NCBI GenBank assembly: GCA_964370265.1
Contig: CAYJIP010000001.1
Coordinates: 130,828 to 194,827 of the forward strand
DNA length: 64,000 nucleotides
Direction: 5' to 3'
DNA from: an uncultured Clostridium sp.
Lineage (GTDB): Bacteria; Bacillota; Clostridia; TANB77; CAG-508
Made by a program: the position numbers and the translations under genes. A model generated the notes under the pieces. It saw only the letters and a list, made by a program, of their open reading frames with translations. It did not search any database and had not been told where the DNA came from. Position 1 is the stretch's first letter. Each line of letters starts with the position of its first letter. Positions 45,930 to 53,127 of this stretch are shown here, piece by piece.

Positions 45930-46411
45930 TGATATTAGTATTATTAGGAACGCAAAACAATAGTTTTATAAGACTATTAGATAAAATTGAAGAATTAGTA
46001 AAAAAAGAGATAATAAAAGAAGAAGTTATAGTGCAATCAGGATATACAAAAAAAGACGATATAGATAATAAAATAAAATTAATTGATTTTATGAGTTTAT
46101 CAGAATTAGATAAATTAGCAAGTGAAGCACGATATATAATTACACATGGTGGTGTTGGTTCAATAATAATGGCTCTTAAATTAAATAAAAAAGTAATAGC
46201 AATACCAAGGTTATCCAAATATAAAGAACATGTAAATGATCATCAGAAAGATATTGTAGAAGTATTTAATAAAAAAGAGCATATAATAGGTATAGATCAA
46301 GTAGAATTATTAGAGGATGCTGTAAAAAATATAGAATCATTTAAACCACAAAAATATAAAGCAAATAATAATAAAATGATTAATATTATTGAAGAATTTA
46401 TAGGGGAATAA
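45929..46411 (+). CDS. Alg13-like glycosyltransferase catalytic subunit (PssE/Cps14G family, Glyco_tran_28_C)
   Basis: MILVLLGTQNNSF and ITHGGVGSI. Its start overlaps the upstream stop by 1 nt (taATG). Confidence 0.65.
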   Translation: MILVLLGTQNNSFIRLLDKIEELVKKEIIKEEVIVQSGYTKKDDIDNKIKLIDFMSLSELDKLASEARYIITHGGVGSIIMALKLNKKVIAIPRLSKYKEHVNDHQKDIVEVFNKKEHIIGIDQVELLEDAVKNIESFKPQKYKANNNKMINIIEEFIGE

Positions 46412-46434
46412 GTTGTTGGAGATAGGAGAAATAA

Positions 46435-47439
46435 TTGGAAGAAGATAGAGTAATTAATCCAGGACTTGAAAATCAAGTTGAAGAGAGAATGGAGAATTCT
46501 TTAAGACCAAAAATGCTTGAAGAATATATAGGACAAGATAAAGTAAAAGAAAATATGAAAATATATATTGAAGCTGCTAAAAAAAGAGGAGATGCACTGG
46601 ATCATGTTCTATTGTATGGACCTCCAGGATTAGGAAAGACAACGTTATCAAATATTATTTCAAATGAAATGAATTCAAATATCAAAGTAACATCAGGTCC
46701 AGCAATTGAAAAGGCAGGAGATTTAGCAGCAATTTTAACAAATTTATCAGAATTTGATGTGTTATTTATAGACGAAATACATAGATTAAGTAAAACAGTT
46801 GAAGAAATACTATATCCAGCATTAGAAGATTATACATTGGATATAATAATTGGGAAAGGTCCAAGTGCTAGATCAATAAGATTAGATTTACCAAGATTTA
46901 CATTGATTGGAGCTACTACTAAAGCAGGATCATTAACAACACCATTAAGAGATAGATTTGGAATAGTAGAAAGATTAGAATTATATACGATTGAAGATTT
47001 AAGTAAAATCATAACAAGGTCAAGCAAAATATTAGAAGTAGAAATAGATGTAGAAGCTTCATTAGAAATAGCGAGAAGATCAAGAGGGACACCAAGAATA
47101 GCAAATAGGCTTTTAAAAAGAGTTAGAGATTATGCACTTGTAATGGGTGATGGAAACATAAATTTAAAAATAACAAAACATGCATTAAATAAGCTAGAAA
47201 TAGATGAATTAGGGTTAGATAATATAGATAGAAAAATATTAGAAACTATGATAATACAGTATGCAGGTAGACCAGTAGGAATAGAAGCATTGGCAGCAAC
47301 AATTGGTGAAGAAGTCGAAACATTAGAAGATGTATACGAACCATATTTAATTCAGATTGGGTTTGTAGCCAGAACTTTAAGAGGTAGACAACCATTACCA
47401 CCAGCGTATAAACATTTAGGATATGAAGAAAATAATTAG
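46435..47439 (+). CDS. ruvB: Holliday junction branch migration helicase RuvB
   Basis: [12 protein letters not shown], Walker [16 protein letters not shown] and [18 protein letters not shown] start. Confidence 0.95.
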   Translation: MEEDRVINPGLENQVEERMENSLRPKMLEEYIGQDKVKENMKIYIEAAKKRGDALDHVLLYGPPGLGKTTLSNIISNEMNSNIKVTSGPAIEKAGDLAAILTNLSEFDVLFIDEIHRLSKTVEEILYPALEDYTLDIIIGKGPSARSIRLDLPRFTLIGATTKAGSLTTPLRDRFGIVERLELYTIEDLSKIITRSSKILEVEIDVEASLEIARRSRGTPRIANRLLKRVRDYALVMGDGNINLKITKHALNKLEIDELGLDNIDRKILETMIIQYAGRPVGIEALAATIGEEVETLEDVYEPYLIQIGFVARTLRGRQPLPPAYKHLGYEENN

Positions 47440-47487
47440 GAAAAAAAATAAAAAAATAAAAAAATATATAAATAGAAATGAGAAGAT

Positions 47488-48027
47488 ATGAAACTATTAT
47501 TACATACGTGTTGTGCTCCTTGTAGCATATATTGTATAGATTTATTAAAAAAAGAAAATATAGAACCAACAATATTTTGGTATAATCCAAATATACATCC
47601 ATATAAAGAATATGAATCACGTAAAAATACATTAGAAAAATATGTAGAAGAGATTGGAATTAAAAGTGTTTTTATTGATAAATATGGATTAAAAGAATTT
47701 TGTAAAAATGTTATAACTGATTTAGAAAATAGGTGTAGTAATTATTGTTACAAAATAAGATTAGAAGAAGCAGCAAAATATGCTTCTGAAAATGGATATG
47801 ATTCATTTTCTACAACACTTTTAGTAAGTCCGTATCAAGATACTGAAAAAATTATAGAAATAGGAAATCAAATTGCTAAAAAATATTATTTGGAATTTGT
47901 ATCAAGAGACTTTAAGCAAGGGTTTAGAGAAGGGCAAGCAAAGGCAAGAAATAAAGAAATGTATATGCAAAAATATTGTGGATGTATTTTCTCAGAAGAA
48001 GAAAGATATTTGGGAAAAAATAAATAA
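47488..48027 (+). CDS. queH: Epoxyqueuosine reductase QueH (DUF208)
   Basis: 179 aa. LLHTCCAPCS, TLLVSPYQ and QKYCGC. Confidence 0.85.
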   Translation: MKLLLHTCCAPCSIYCIDLLKKENIEPTIFWYNPNIHPYKEYESRKNTLEKYVEEIGIKSVFIDKYGLKEFCKNVITDLENRCSNYCYKIRLEEAAKYASENGYDSFSTTLLVSPYQDTEKIIEIGNQIAKKYYLEFVSRDFKQGFREGQAKARNKEMYMQKYCGCIFSEEERYLGKNK

Positions 48028-48138
48028 CTAACCAATAAAAAGATAATAAATGATTAAAATAAACAAAAAATTAAAAAAAGTAAGTAACAACATTAAATCA
48101 GAAATAATACTAAATAAGACAGGGAGATTGAGGAAAAA

Positions 48139-48645
48139 ATGCCAAGTTATGCAATACATGTAGCTATTATGCATGAATATATACGAAAAAACCACATTAA
48201 TAATAATCATGAAGAATACATCAGTGGTACTGTTTCACCAGATCAAACAAATGATAAAAGTAAAACTCATTATGGAAAAACACCAGCACATTCTAATGTG
48301 GCAAAATTTTTAGAAAATAATGAAATAGAAACCCCATATGATATAGGGAAATTTATACATATAGTTACAGATTATTTATTTTATAATAAATATTTAGAAA
48401 CACCTCTAAATTATAAAAAAGAGATAATGTATGATGATTACAATATCTTAAATGAGAGAATTGTTAAAAAATATAAATTTAAAATATCACACCAAATTAA
48501 AGATGTAATGGGGTTTAAAAAAGGTGAATTACAATATTTGAATGAAGAAAAGATATATAATATGATCAATGATATTTCAGATTTAGATATAGAAAAAATT
48601 AAAATTGAAGCAAAAGCTGAGAAGTGGAATACATATATTTATTAA
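48139..48645 (+). CDS. Hypothetical protein (possible zinc-dependent phospholipase C/hydrolase-like fold)
   Basis: 168 aa. N-terminal SYAIHVAI...GTVSPD...HY...FIHIVTDY is a spaced His/Asp pattern reminiscent of Zn_dep_PLPC-type proteins. Weak. Confidence 0.3.
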   Translation: MPSYAIHVAIMHEYIRKNHINNNHEEYISGTVSPDQTNDKSKTHYGKTPAHSNVAKFLENNEIETPYDIGKFIHIVTDYLFYNKYLETPLNYKKEIMYDDYNILNERIVKKYKFKISHQIKDVMGFKKGELQYLNEEKIYNMINDISDLDIEKIKIEAKAEKWNTYIY

Positions 48646-48689
48646 TATATAAATTATGTATATATGTAATAAAAATTTTTTTGAAAGTA

Positions 48690-48718
48690 TTGATTTATTT
48701 TTTTAATATGTATATAAT
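48690..48718 (+). promoter_or_regulatory. Consensus-like sigma-A promoter of the arsR-family operon
   Basis: TTGATT (48690-48695), 17 nt, TATAAT (48713-48718). Confidence 0.6.
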
Positions 48719-48725
48719 ATGATAT

Positions 48726-48741
48726 ATCAAAAAAAATTGAT
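48726..48741. promoter_or_regulatory. Operator-like inverted repeat, copy 1
   Basis: ATCAA-AAAAAA-TTGAT starts 8 nt after the -10. An identical 16-mer recurs at 49141-49156. Confidence 0.45.
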
Positions 48742-48752
48742 GTGAGGAAAAT

Positions 48753-49034
48753 ATGAAAGAAAATTATGAAGCTAATATGAGAATATTTAAAGCATTTTGT
48801 GATATAAATAGACTGAAAATAATAGATATTCTTAGAACTGGAGAAAAATGTGCGTGTGACTTAATAGAAGAAACAAGTATGACACAATCAGCATTATCAT
48901 ATCACATGAAAATATTGTGTGAATCAGGTATTGTGCAAGGAAGACAACAAGGAAAATGGACACATTATAATATTAATCAAGAAAATTCTATAAAAGCAAG
49001 TGAATTATTGATTAAAATAACAGAAAAAAATTAA
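48753..49034 (+). CDS. ArsR/SmtB-family metalloregulator
   Basis: 93 aa. FKAFCDINRLKIIDIL, the CACDL metal-site motif and a winged HTH (QSALSYHMKIL). Confidence 0.8.
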   Translation: MKENYEANMRIFKAFCDINRLKIIDILRTGEKCACDLIEETSMTQSALSYHMKILCESGIVQGRQQGKWTHYNINQENSIKASELLIKITEKN

Positions 49035-49140
49035 ATGAAAAATATTAATGTAATTAATAGAAATACATGGAGAAAATAATACATAAAAAATATATAACTG
49101 AATAAAGATATATAAGATGTATTATTTTTATCAACAACAC

Positions 49141-49156
49141 ATCAAAAAAAATTGAT
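49141..49156. promoter_or_regulatory. Operator-like inverted repeat, copy 2
   Basis: Identical 16-mer atcaaaaaaaattgat, 19 nt upstream of the permease start codon. Confidence 0.45.
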
Positions 49157-49174
49157 ATGAAAAAGGGGGATTTA

Positions 49175-50188
49175 ATGGAAGTATTAAATTCAATTTGGTC
49201 ATTTATTCAGGACGAATTATTAGGAATGAATTGGCTAAATACAGTAGTAGGTAATATATTAACAGGATTAGGGTTAGATATTACAACACAAATAGGAGGA
49301 AGTGTACAATTTTTTATATATGATGTCATAAAAATAACAATATTATTATGTTTTCTAATATTCACAATATCATATATACAAAGTTATTTTCCACCAGAGA
49401 GAAGTAAAAAGATATTAGGTAGATTCAAAGGAATTTCTGCAAACATAGTAGCAGCCTTATTAGGTACTGTAACACCATTTTGTTCATGTTCTTCAATACC
49501 GTTATTTATAGGATTTACTAGTGCAAAGTTACCAGTAGGAGTAACATTTTCCTTTTTAATATCATCACCAATGGTAGATATAGGAAGTCTAGTTCTTCTA
49601 ACAAGTATATTTGGAACTGGAGTTGCCGTTATATATGTAATACTAGGTTTAGTAATTGCAATAATAGGCGGTAGAATAATTGAAAAATTAGGCATGGATA
49701 AACATGTAGAAGAATATATATTAAGTGCTAGTAATGTTGATATTGAAGCAGCAGTTTTAACTAAGAAAGATAGACTAATATATGCAAAAGATCAAATGTT
49801 AGGAACATTTAAAAAAGTAGTTCCATATATATTAATTGGTGTAGGAATAGGTGCATTAATACACAACTGGATACCAGAAGAAGTAATTGGAAGAGTACTA
49901 GGTGGAGATAATCCATTTAGTGTTATTTTAGCAACAATAATAGGAATACCAGTATATGCAGATATATTTGGGACTATTCCAATAGCAGAAGCATTACTTG
50001 CAAAAGGTGCTAATTTAGGAACAGTGCTTTCGTTTATGATGGCTGTTACAACACTATCATTACCATCACTTATTATGCTTAAGAAAGCAGTTAAGCCAAA
50101 ATTGCTAGCAACTTTTATAGCGATTTGTATGATTGGTATAATTATAGTGGGATTTGTATTCAATGGAATACAACAATTTATTATATAA
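49175..50188 (+). CDS. Permease of the DUF318/ArsP-like family (two TM clusters)
   Basis: About 337 aa from MEVLNS (RBS aaggggga). The TPFCSCSSIPLF cysteine motif is typical of this family. Confidence 0.7.
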   Translation: MEVLNSIWSFIQDELLGMNWLNTVVGNILTGLGLDITTQIGGSVQFFIYDVIKITILLCFLIFTISYIQSYFPPERSKKILGRFKGISANIVAALLGTVTPFCSCSSIPLFIGFTSAKLPVGVTFSFLISSPMVDIGSLVLLTSIFGTGVAVIYVILGLVIAIIGGRIIEKLGMDKHVEEYILSASNVDIEAAVLTKKDRLIYAKDQMLGTFKKVVPYILIGVGIGALIHNWIPEEVIGRVLGGDNPFSVILATIIGIPVYADIFGTIPIAEALLAKGANLGTVLSFMMAVTTLSLPSLIMLKKAVKPKLLATFIAICMIGIIIVGFVFNGIQQFII

Positions 50189-50202
50189 AATAGGAGGAAA
50201 TT

Positions 50203-50532
50203 ATGGGATTATTTAATTTTGGTAAAAAGACAGAGAAAGTTCAAGGGCAGTGTGCTTGTGGTGGTATGTGTGACATATCAGATATAGAAAATGCAAAATA
50301 TATTGTTTTAGGAACTTGTTGTAAAAAAAGCACAGAGACATTTGAAAATGTTAAAAGAGCAATAAATGATTTGGGAATAACAGACAAAGTAGTAAATATA
50401 GGAGATATGGCACAAATAGCTAAATATGGTGTAATGCAAACACCAGCATTAGTTATTGATAGTAAAGTTGTATCTTATGGGAAATTAATAACAGTTGAAG
50501 AAGCTAAAAAATTAATTGAAAAGAATAAATAA
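50203..50532 (+). CDS. Thioredoxin-fold protein, redox-active disulfide protein 2 family, variant active site
   Basis: 109 aa. The core IVLGTCCKKSTETFENVKRAINDLGI...KYGVMQTPALVIDSKVV matches the TM0996/MTH895-type family. It has an added Cys-rich N-terminal extension (CACGGMC). Confidence 0.65.
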   Translation: MGLFNFGKKTEKVQGQCACGGMCDISDIENAKYIVLGTCCKKSTETFENVKRAINDLGITDKVVNIGDMAQIAKYGVMQTPALVIDSKVVSYGKLITVEEAKKLIEKNK

Positions 50533-50580
50533 TAAACAATAAATAATAAACAATAAATAATAAACAATAAGCAATAAATA
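50524..50580. repeat. 14-bp tandem repeat (3 perfect copies plus 1 degenerate) starting in the last codons of the thioredoxin-like gene
   Basis: aataaataataaac at 50524, 50538 and 50552, with degenerate aataagcaataaat at 50566. The first copy contains the stop codon. Confidence 0.85.
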
Positions 50581-50633
50581 ACTTAGTAAAAATATTAATA
50601 AAAGAAGTTTCAAATAATTTAAAATTAAGAAAA

Positions 50634-50670
50634 GGGAAAAAACACTAAAAGTTTTTTCTTTTTTATTTTT
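50634..50670 (+). terminator. Intrinsic terminator of the arsR operon
   Basis: gaaaaaac actaaaa gttttttc followed by ttttttattttt. Confidence 0.6.
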
Positions 50671-50810
50671 ATAAATTCTAATAAATATATATTTAACTAA
50701 TTTAGGGAAATAAAGATGATAATCTAAATTTAAGTTAAAAACATAAATAACTAAAATACAACTTAAAATGAGAAAGGATAGAATAAATGGAACTTTTGGA
50801 TTAAAAATAA

Positions 50811-50839
50811 TTGACAAGGATATGTTATTAGAATATAAT
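50811..50839 (+). promoter_or_regulatory. Consensus sigma-A promoter of the 50927 orphan gene
   Basis: TTGACA (50811-50816), 17 nt, TATAAT (50834-50839). Confidence 0.65.
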
Positions 50840-50926
50840 GTGCAAGAATTTATCCTTGTATCGGGAGTAAAAAAAGATACTGGTAAGTAATCGAGAAAAT
50901 AATTATTTTGCGATGGAGGAAATTAA

Positions 50927-51559
50927 ATGTCTAGAGAAAAAAGATTAGGTGTAGTTAATAGTGAATCACGGAATGATAGTAATATCTTTATAAGCTATAA
51001 TTTAAAGTTTGAGATTTCAAAAAATAAATTTAAAATATTATTTGATATAGATGAAAAAAAGCATCGAATAGAAATTGATATTCTTGAATTAAGTGATTTT
51101 GAAAAATTTGAGAAAAATATGATTTTAAAGATAGAACAGATAGGTAGTGCTTTAAAAAATTTGAATGAAGAAGATGTTGTAAATGATATTTATGACAGAA
51201 TTATTCAAATGTTAAAAGAAGATATTGATTATAATCAAAAAATAGCAATTCATATTTTAGAATATCAAAGAAACGAATTGATAAATTCGAGAAGTGCTAT
51301 TTTAAAATCAGATAAGTTATATGGATGCTCATTTTTCGAAAATAAAAATAAAACTGAATTTTATATATTTGAAAGTGGAGATTGGTTATATAAATCACCT
51401 CATTTGAATATGCAGTTTGATGGAAAAAAAGAAAAAAGTTCATATCAAATCCATGAAGAATCAATATATACTACTGATTTAGAACAGTTAGATTTAAAAA
51501 TTGCTCAGATCAAGCAAGAAGTTTTGAAAAAACAAGAGAGTTTCAATATTTATGATTAA
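50927..51559 (+). CDS. Hypothetical protein (orphan)
   Basis: 210 aa with RBS ggagga, its own promoter and a strong terminator. No recognised motif. C-terminal amphipathic helix (LEQLDLKIAQIKQEVLKKQE). Confidence 0.55.
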   Translation: MSREKRLGVVNSESRNDSNIFISYNLKFEISKNKFKILFDIDEKKHRIEIDILELSDFEKFEKNMILKIEQIGSALKNLNEEDVVNDIYDRIIQMLKEDIDYNQKIAIHILEYQRNELINSRSAILKSDKLYGCSFFENKNKTEFYIFESGDWLYKSPHLNMQFDGKKEKSSYQIHEESIYTTDLEQLDLKIAQIKQEVLKKQESFNIYD

Positions 51560-51590
51560 CCCTAATAAAATTTTAAAAAGTTAAGCAAAT

Positions 51591-51630
51591 AAACAAAGCA
51601 AATTATTAATTAATAGTTTGCTTTGTTTTG
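51591..51630 (+). terminator. Intrinsic terminator
   Basis: aaacaaagcaaa ... tttgctttgttt: 12-bp perfect stem with a T-rich tail. Confidence 0.75.
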
Positions 51631-51747
51631 CATGTGGTACTTATTGGTATAAGAATAAAAGAATAAAAAAATATAAAAAATAAAATAAAAAATATCATAA
51701 CAGTAGTATATAGAGTTGAAAAATAGAAGAGTTGTACATTAAAATAG

Positions 51748-51776
51748 TTGATAAAATATAAAAAATATGTTAATAT
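51748..51776 (+). promoter_or_regulatory. Sigma-A-type promoter of the 51840 orphan gene
   Basis: TTGATA (51748-51753), 17 nt, TAATAT (51771-51776), with a TG extension. Confidence 0.5.
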
Positions 51777-51839
51777 ATTATGGTAAACCTAAAAAGGTTA
51801 TGAGTATAATGTAAATAAATAATTCAAGGAGGCATAATT

Positions 51840-52706
51840 ATGTGTGAATTAGAAAAAAGAAAACGGGAATACCTAGAAGAGGATTGGAAACAAATACTAT
51901 ATTTATACACGGAATTTTCAGAAGAACAGTTTTACCAAATGCTTGATATCATGAATATTAAAGAACCGTATCAAATTGAATGTGATAATGAGTTAATTTA
52001 TGTTAATGATTATACTATAGAATTCATGTGTGGCGGCTACATTAATGTAAGAAAAGTAGATAGTGATTTTGATTATTATGCATTGTATGAATATGATGAT
52101 GATTATAAAAAACTAGATATTAGACTCAATAAAAAAAGATTAGAGAAAGATAGAACAATTATTGAAATGAAAGCTGATGTGGACTATATTCAAATTAAAT
52201 TCCACCTTTATGTATTGGATACGGTATCAATAGACTTAAGTAATACTCAAGATAGTACTGAATACTTAAATCAAAATTCACTGTTATTTAATATTGACTT
52301 AGAAAAAATTAGCAAGAATATTAAAATAGAGGATGATGTAAAAATAATCTTTAATACATTGTTAGATAATATAAATAAGGAAGAGTGGTTTAAAAAAGAT
52401 AAAAGGATTGCAATTAAAAAAAATTGGAGAAGAAAAGATAAAGAGCAATATCTTAGTGCTATTAATTCTGAGGTGGGTTATTTACAATATGAAAAAGATG
52501 GTATATTGATCGGATTAAGCCAAAACACTGATTGGTCATTAGAATATCCTGATAAAACTATAGAATTTGGAAATGATAAATATAGTGTGTGTTTTAAAAT
52601 TGAAGATAAAACTTTAGCTAATCAAATTGATATTGAAAAAGAGATTAGTGAAGCTGAAGAACTTGTCAAAAAACTCAGAGAAGAAGAATTTAAAATTAAT
52701 AATTAA
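51840..52706 (+). CDS. Hypothetical protein (orphan)
   Basis: 288 aa with RBS aaggagg, acidic and Tyr-rich. C-terminal helix (IEKEISEAEELVKKLREEE). No recognised motif. Confidence 0.55.
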   Translation: MCELEKRKREYLEEDWKQILYLYTEFSEEQFYQMLDIMNIKEPYQIECDNELIYVNDYTIEFMCGGYINVRKVDSDFDYYALYEYDDDYKKLDIRLNKKRLEKDRTIIEMKADVDYIQIKFHLYVLDTVSIDLSNTQDSTEYLNQNSLLFNIDLEKISKNIKIEDDVKIIFNTLLDNINKEEWFKKDKRIAIKKNWRRKDKEQYLSAINSEVGYLQYEKDGILIGLSQNTDWSLEYPDKTIEFGNDKYSVCFKIEDKTLANQIDIEKEISEAEELVKKLREEEFKINN

Positions 52707-52723
52707 TTTTGAATTAAATAGAG

Positions 52724-52775
52724 ATGAATCATGTAATTATTAAACTAGAAAGTTTGATAAACATGATTCATTTTT
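52724..52775 (+). terminator. Probable intrinsic terminator
   Basis: atgaatcatg ... catgattcat (10-bp perfect stem, 28-nt loop) followed by tttt. Confidence 0.5.
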
Positions 52776-52795
52776 ATGTCATATAATCTTTTATA

Positions 52796-53026
52796 AAAAG
52801 TAAAAAAGTAAAAAAGTAAAGAAAAAATAGAAAAAAGCAAATGGAAATTTAAAGTAAAAGTTGAAATCAAAATAAATACAAATAAAAGAAATAAAAGAAT
52901 TAAAAGAATTAAAAGCATTGAAAGTATGGAAAGTATTAAAAGAATAAATAAAAATAAACTAAATAATTAATATTAGAAGAATTTAAATATTTGAGAATTT
53001 AAATATTAGAAAATTTGAATTTTAAT
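52796..53026. repeat. Patchwork of three different A-rich tandem arrays upstream of polA
   Basis: 8-bp gtaaaaaa x3 (about 52800-52820). 9-bp TAAAAGAAT-like x7 (52883-52945). 16-bp gaatttaaatattNga x3 (52979-53026). Confidence 0.8.
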
Positions 53027-53127
53027 AATAATTTAGTAATTTAAATATAGAAAAAAGAGCATAAATATGATATAGTTATCCATGAAATTAAAAAATATTT
53101 TTAATTTCTCAGAAAAGGAGAAGAACA

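Noticed and set aside
47246-47632. 128-aa minus-strand ORF bridging the ruvB end and the queH start. Similar low-complexity ORFs: 45036-45254, 48028-48210, 53033-53230, 56335-56523, 42997-43230, 41853-42077.
   Set aside because: They overlap confident genes or A/T-rich spacers. The Y/L/F/I-rich composition is typical of AT-rich noise.
50512-50817. 101-aa minus-strand ORF in the arsR-operon/orphan-gene spacer.
   Set aside because: It spans the 14-bp tandem repeat, the operon terminator and the next gene's promoter. The L/I/F/Y-rich sequence is what A/T repeats translate to, and there is no RBS.
53060-53075. DnaA-box-like ttatccatg upstream of polA, considered as a possible origin-related element.
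   Set aside because: It is a single imperfect box with no cluster and no dnaA/dnaN context.
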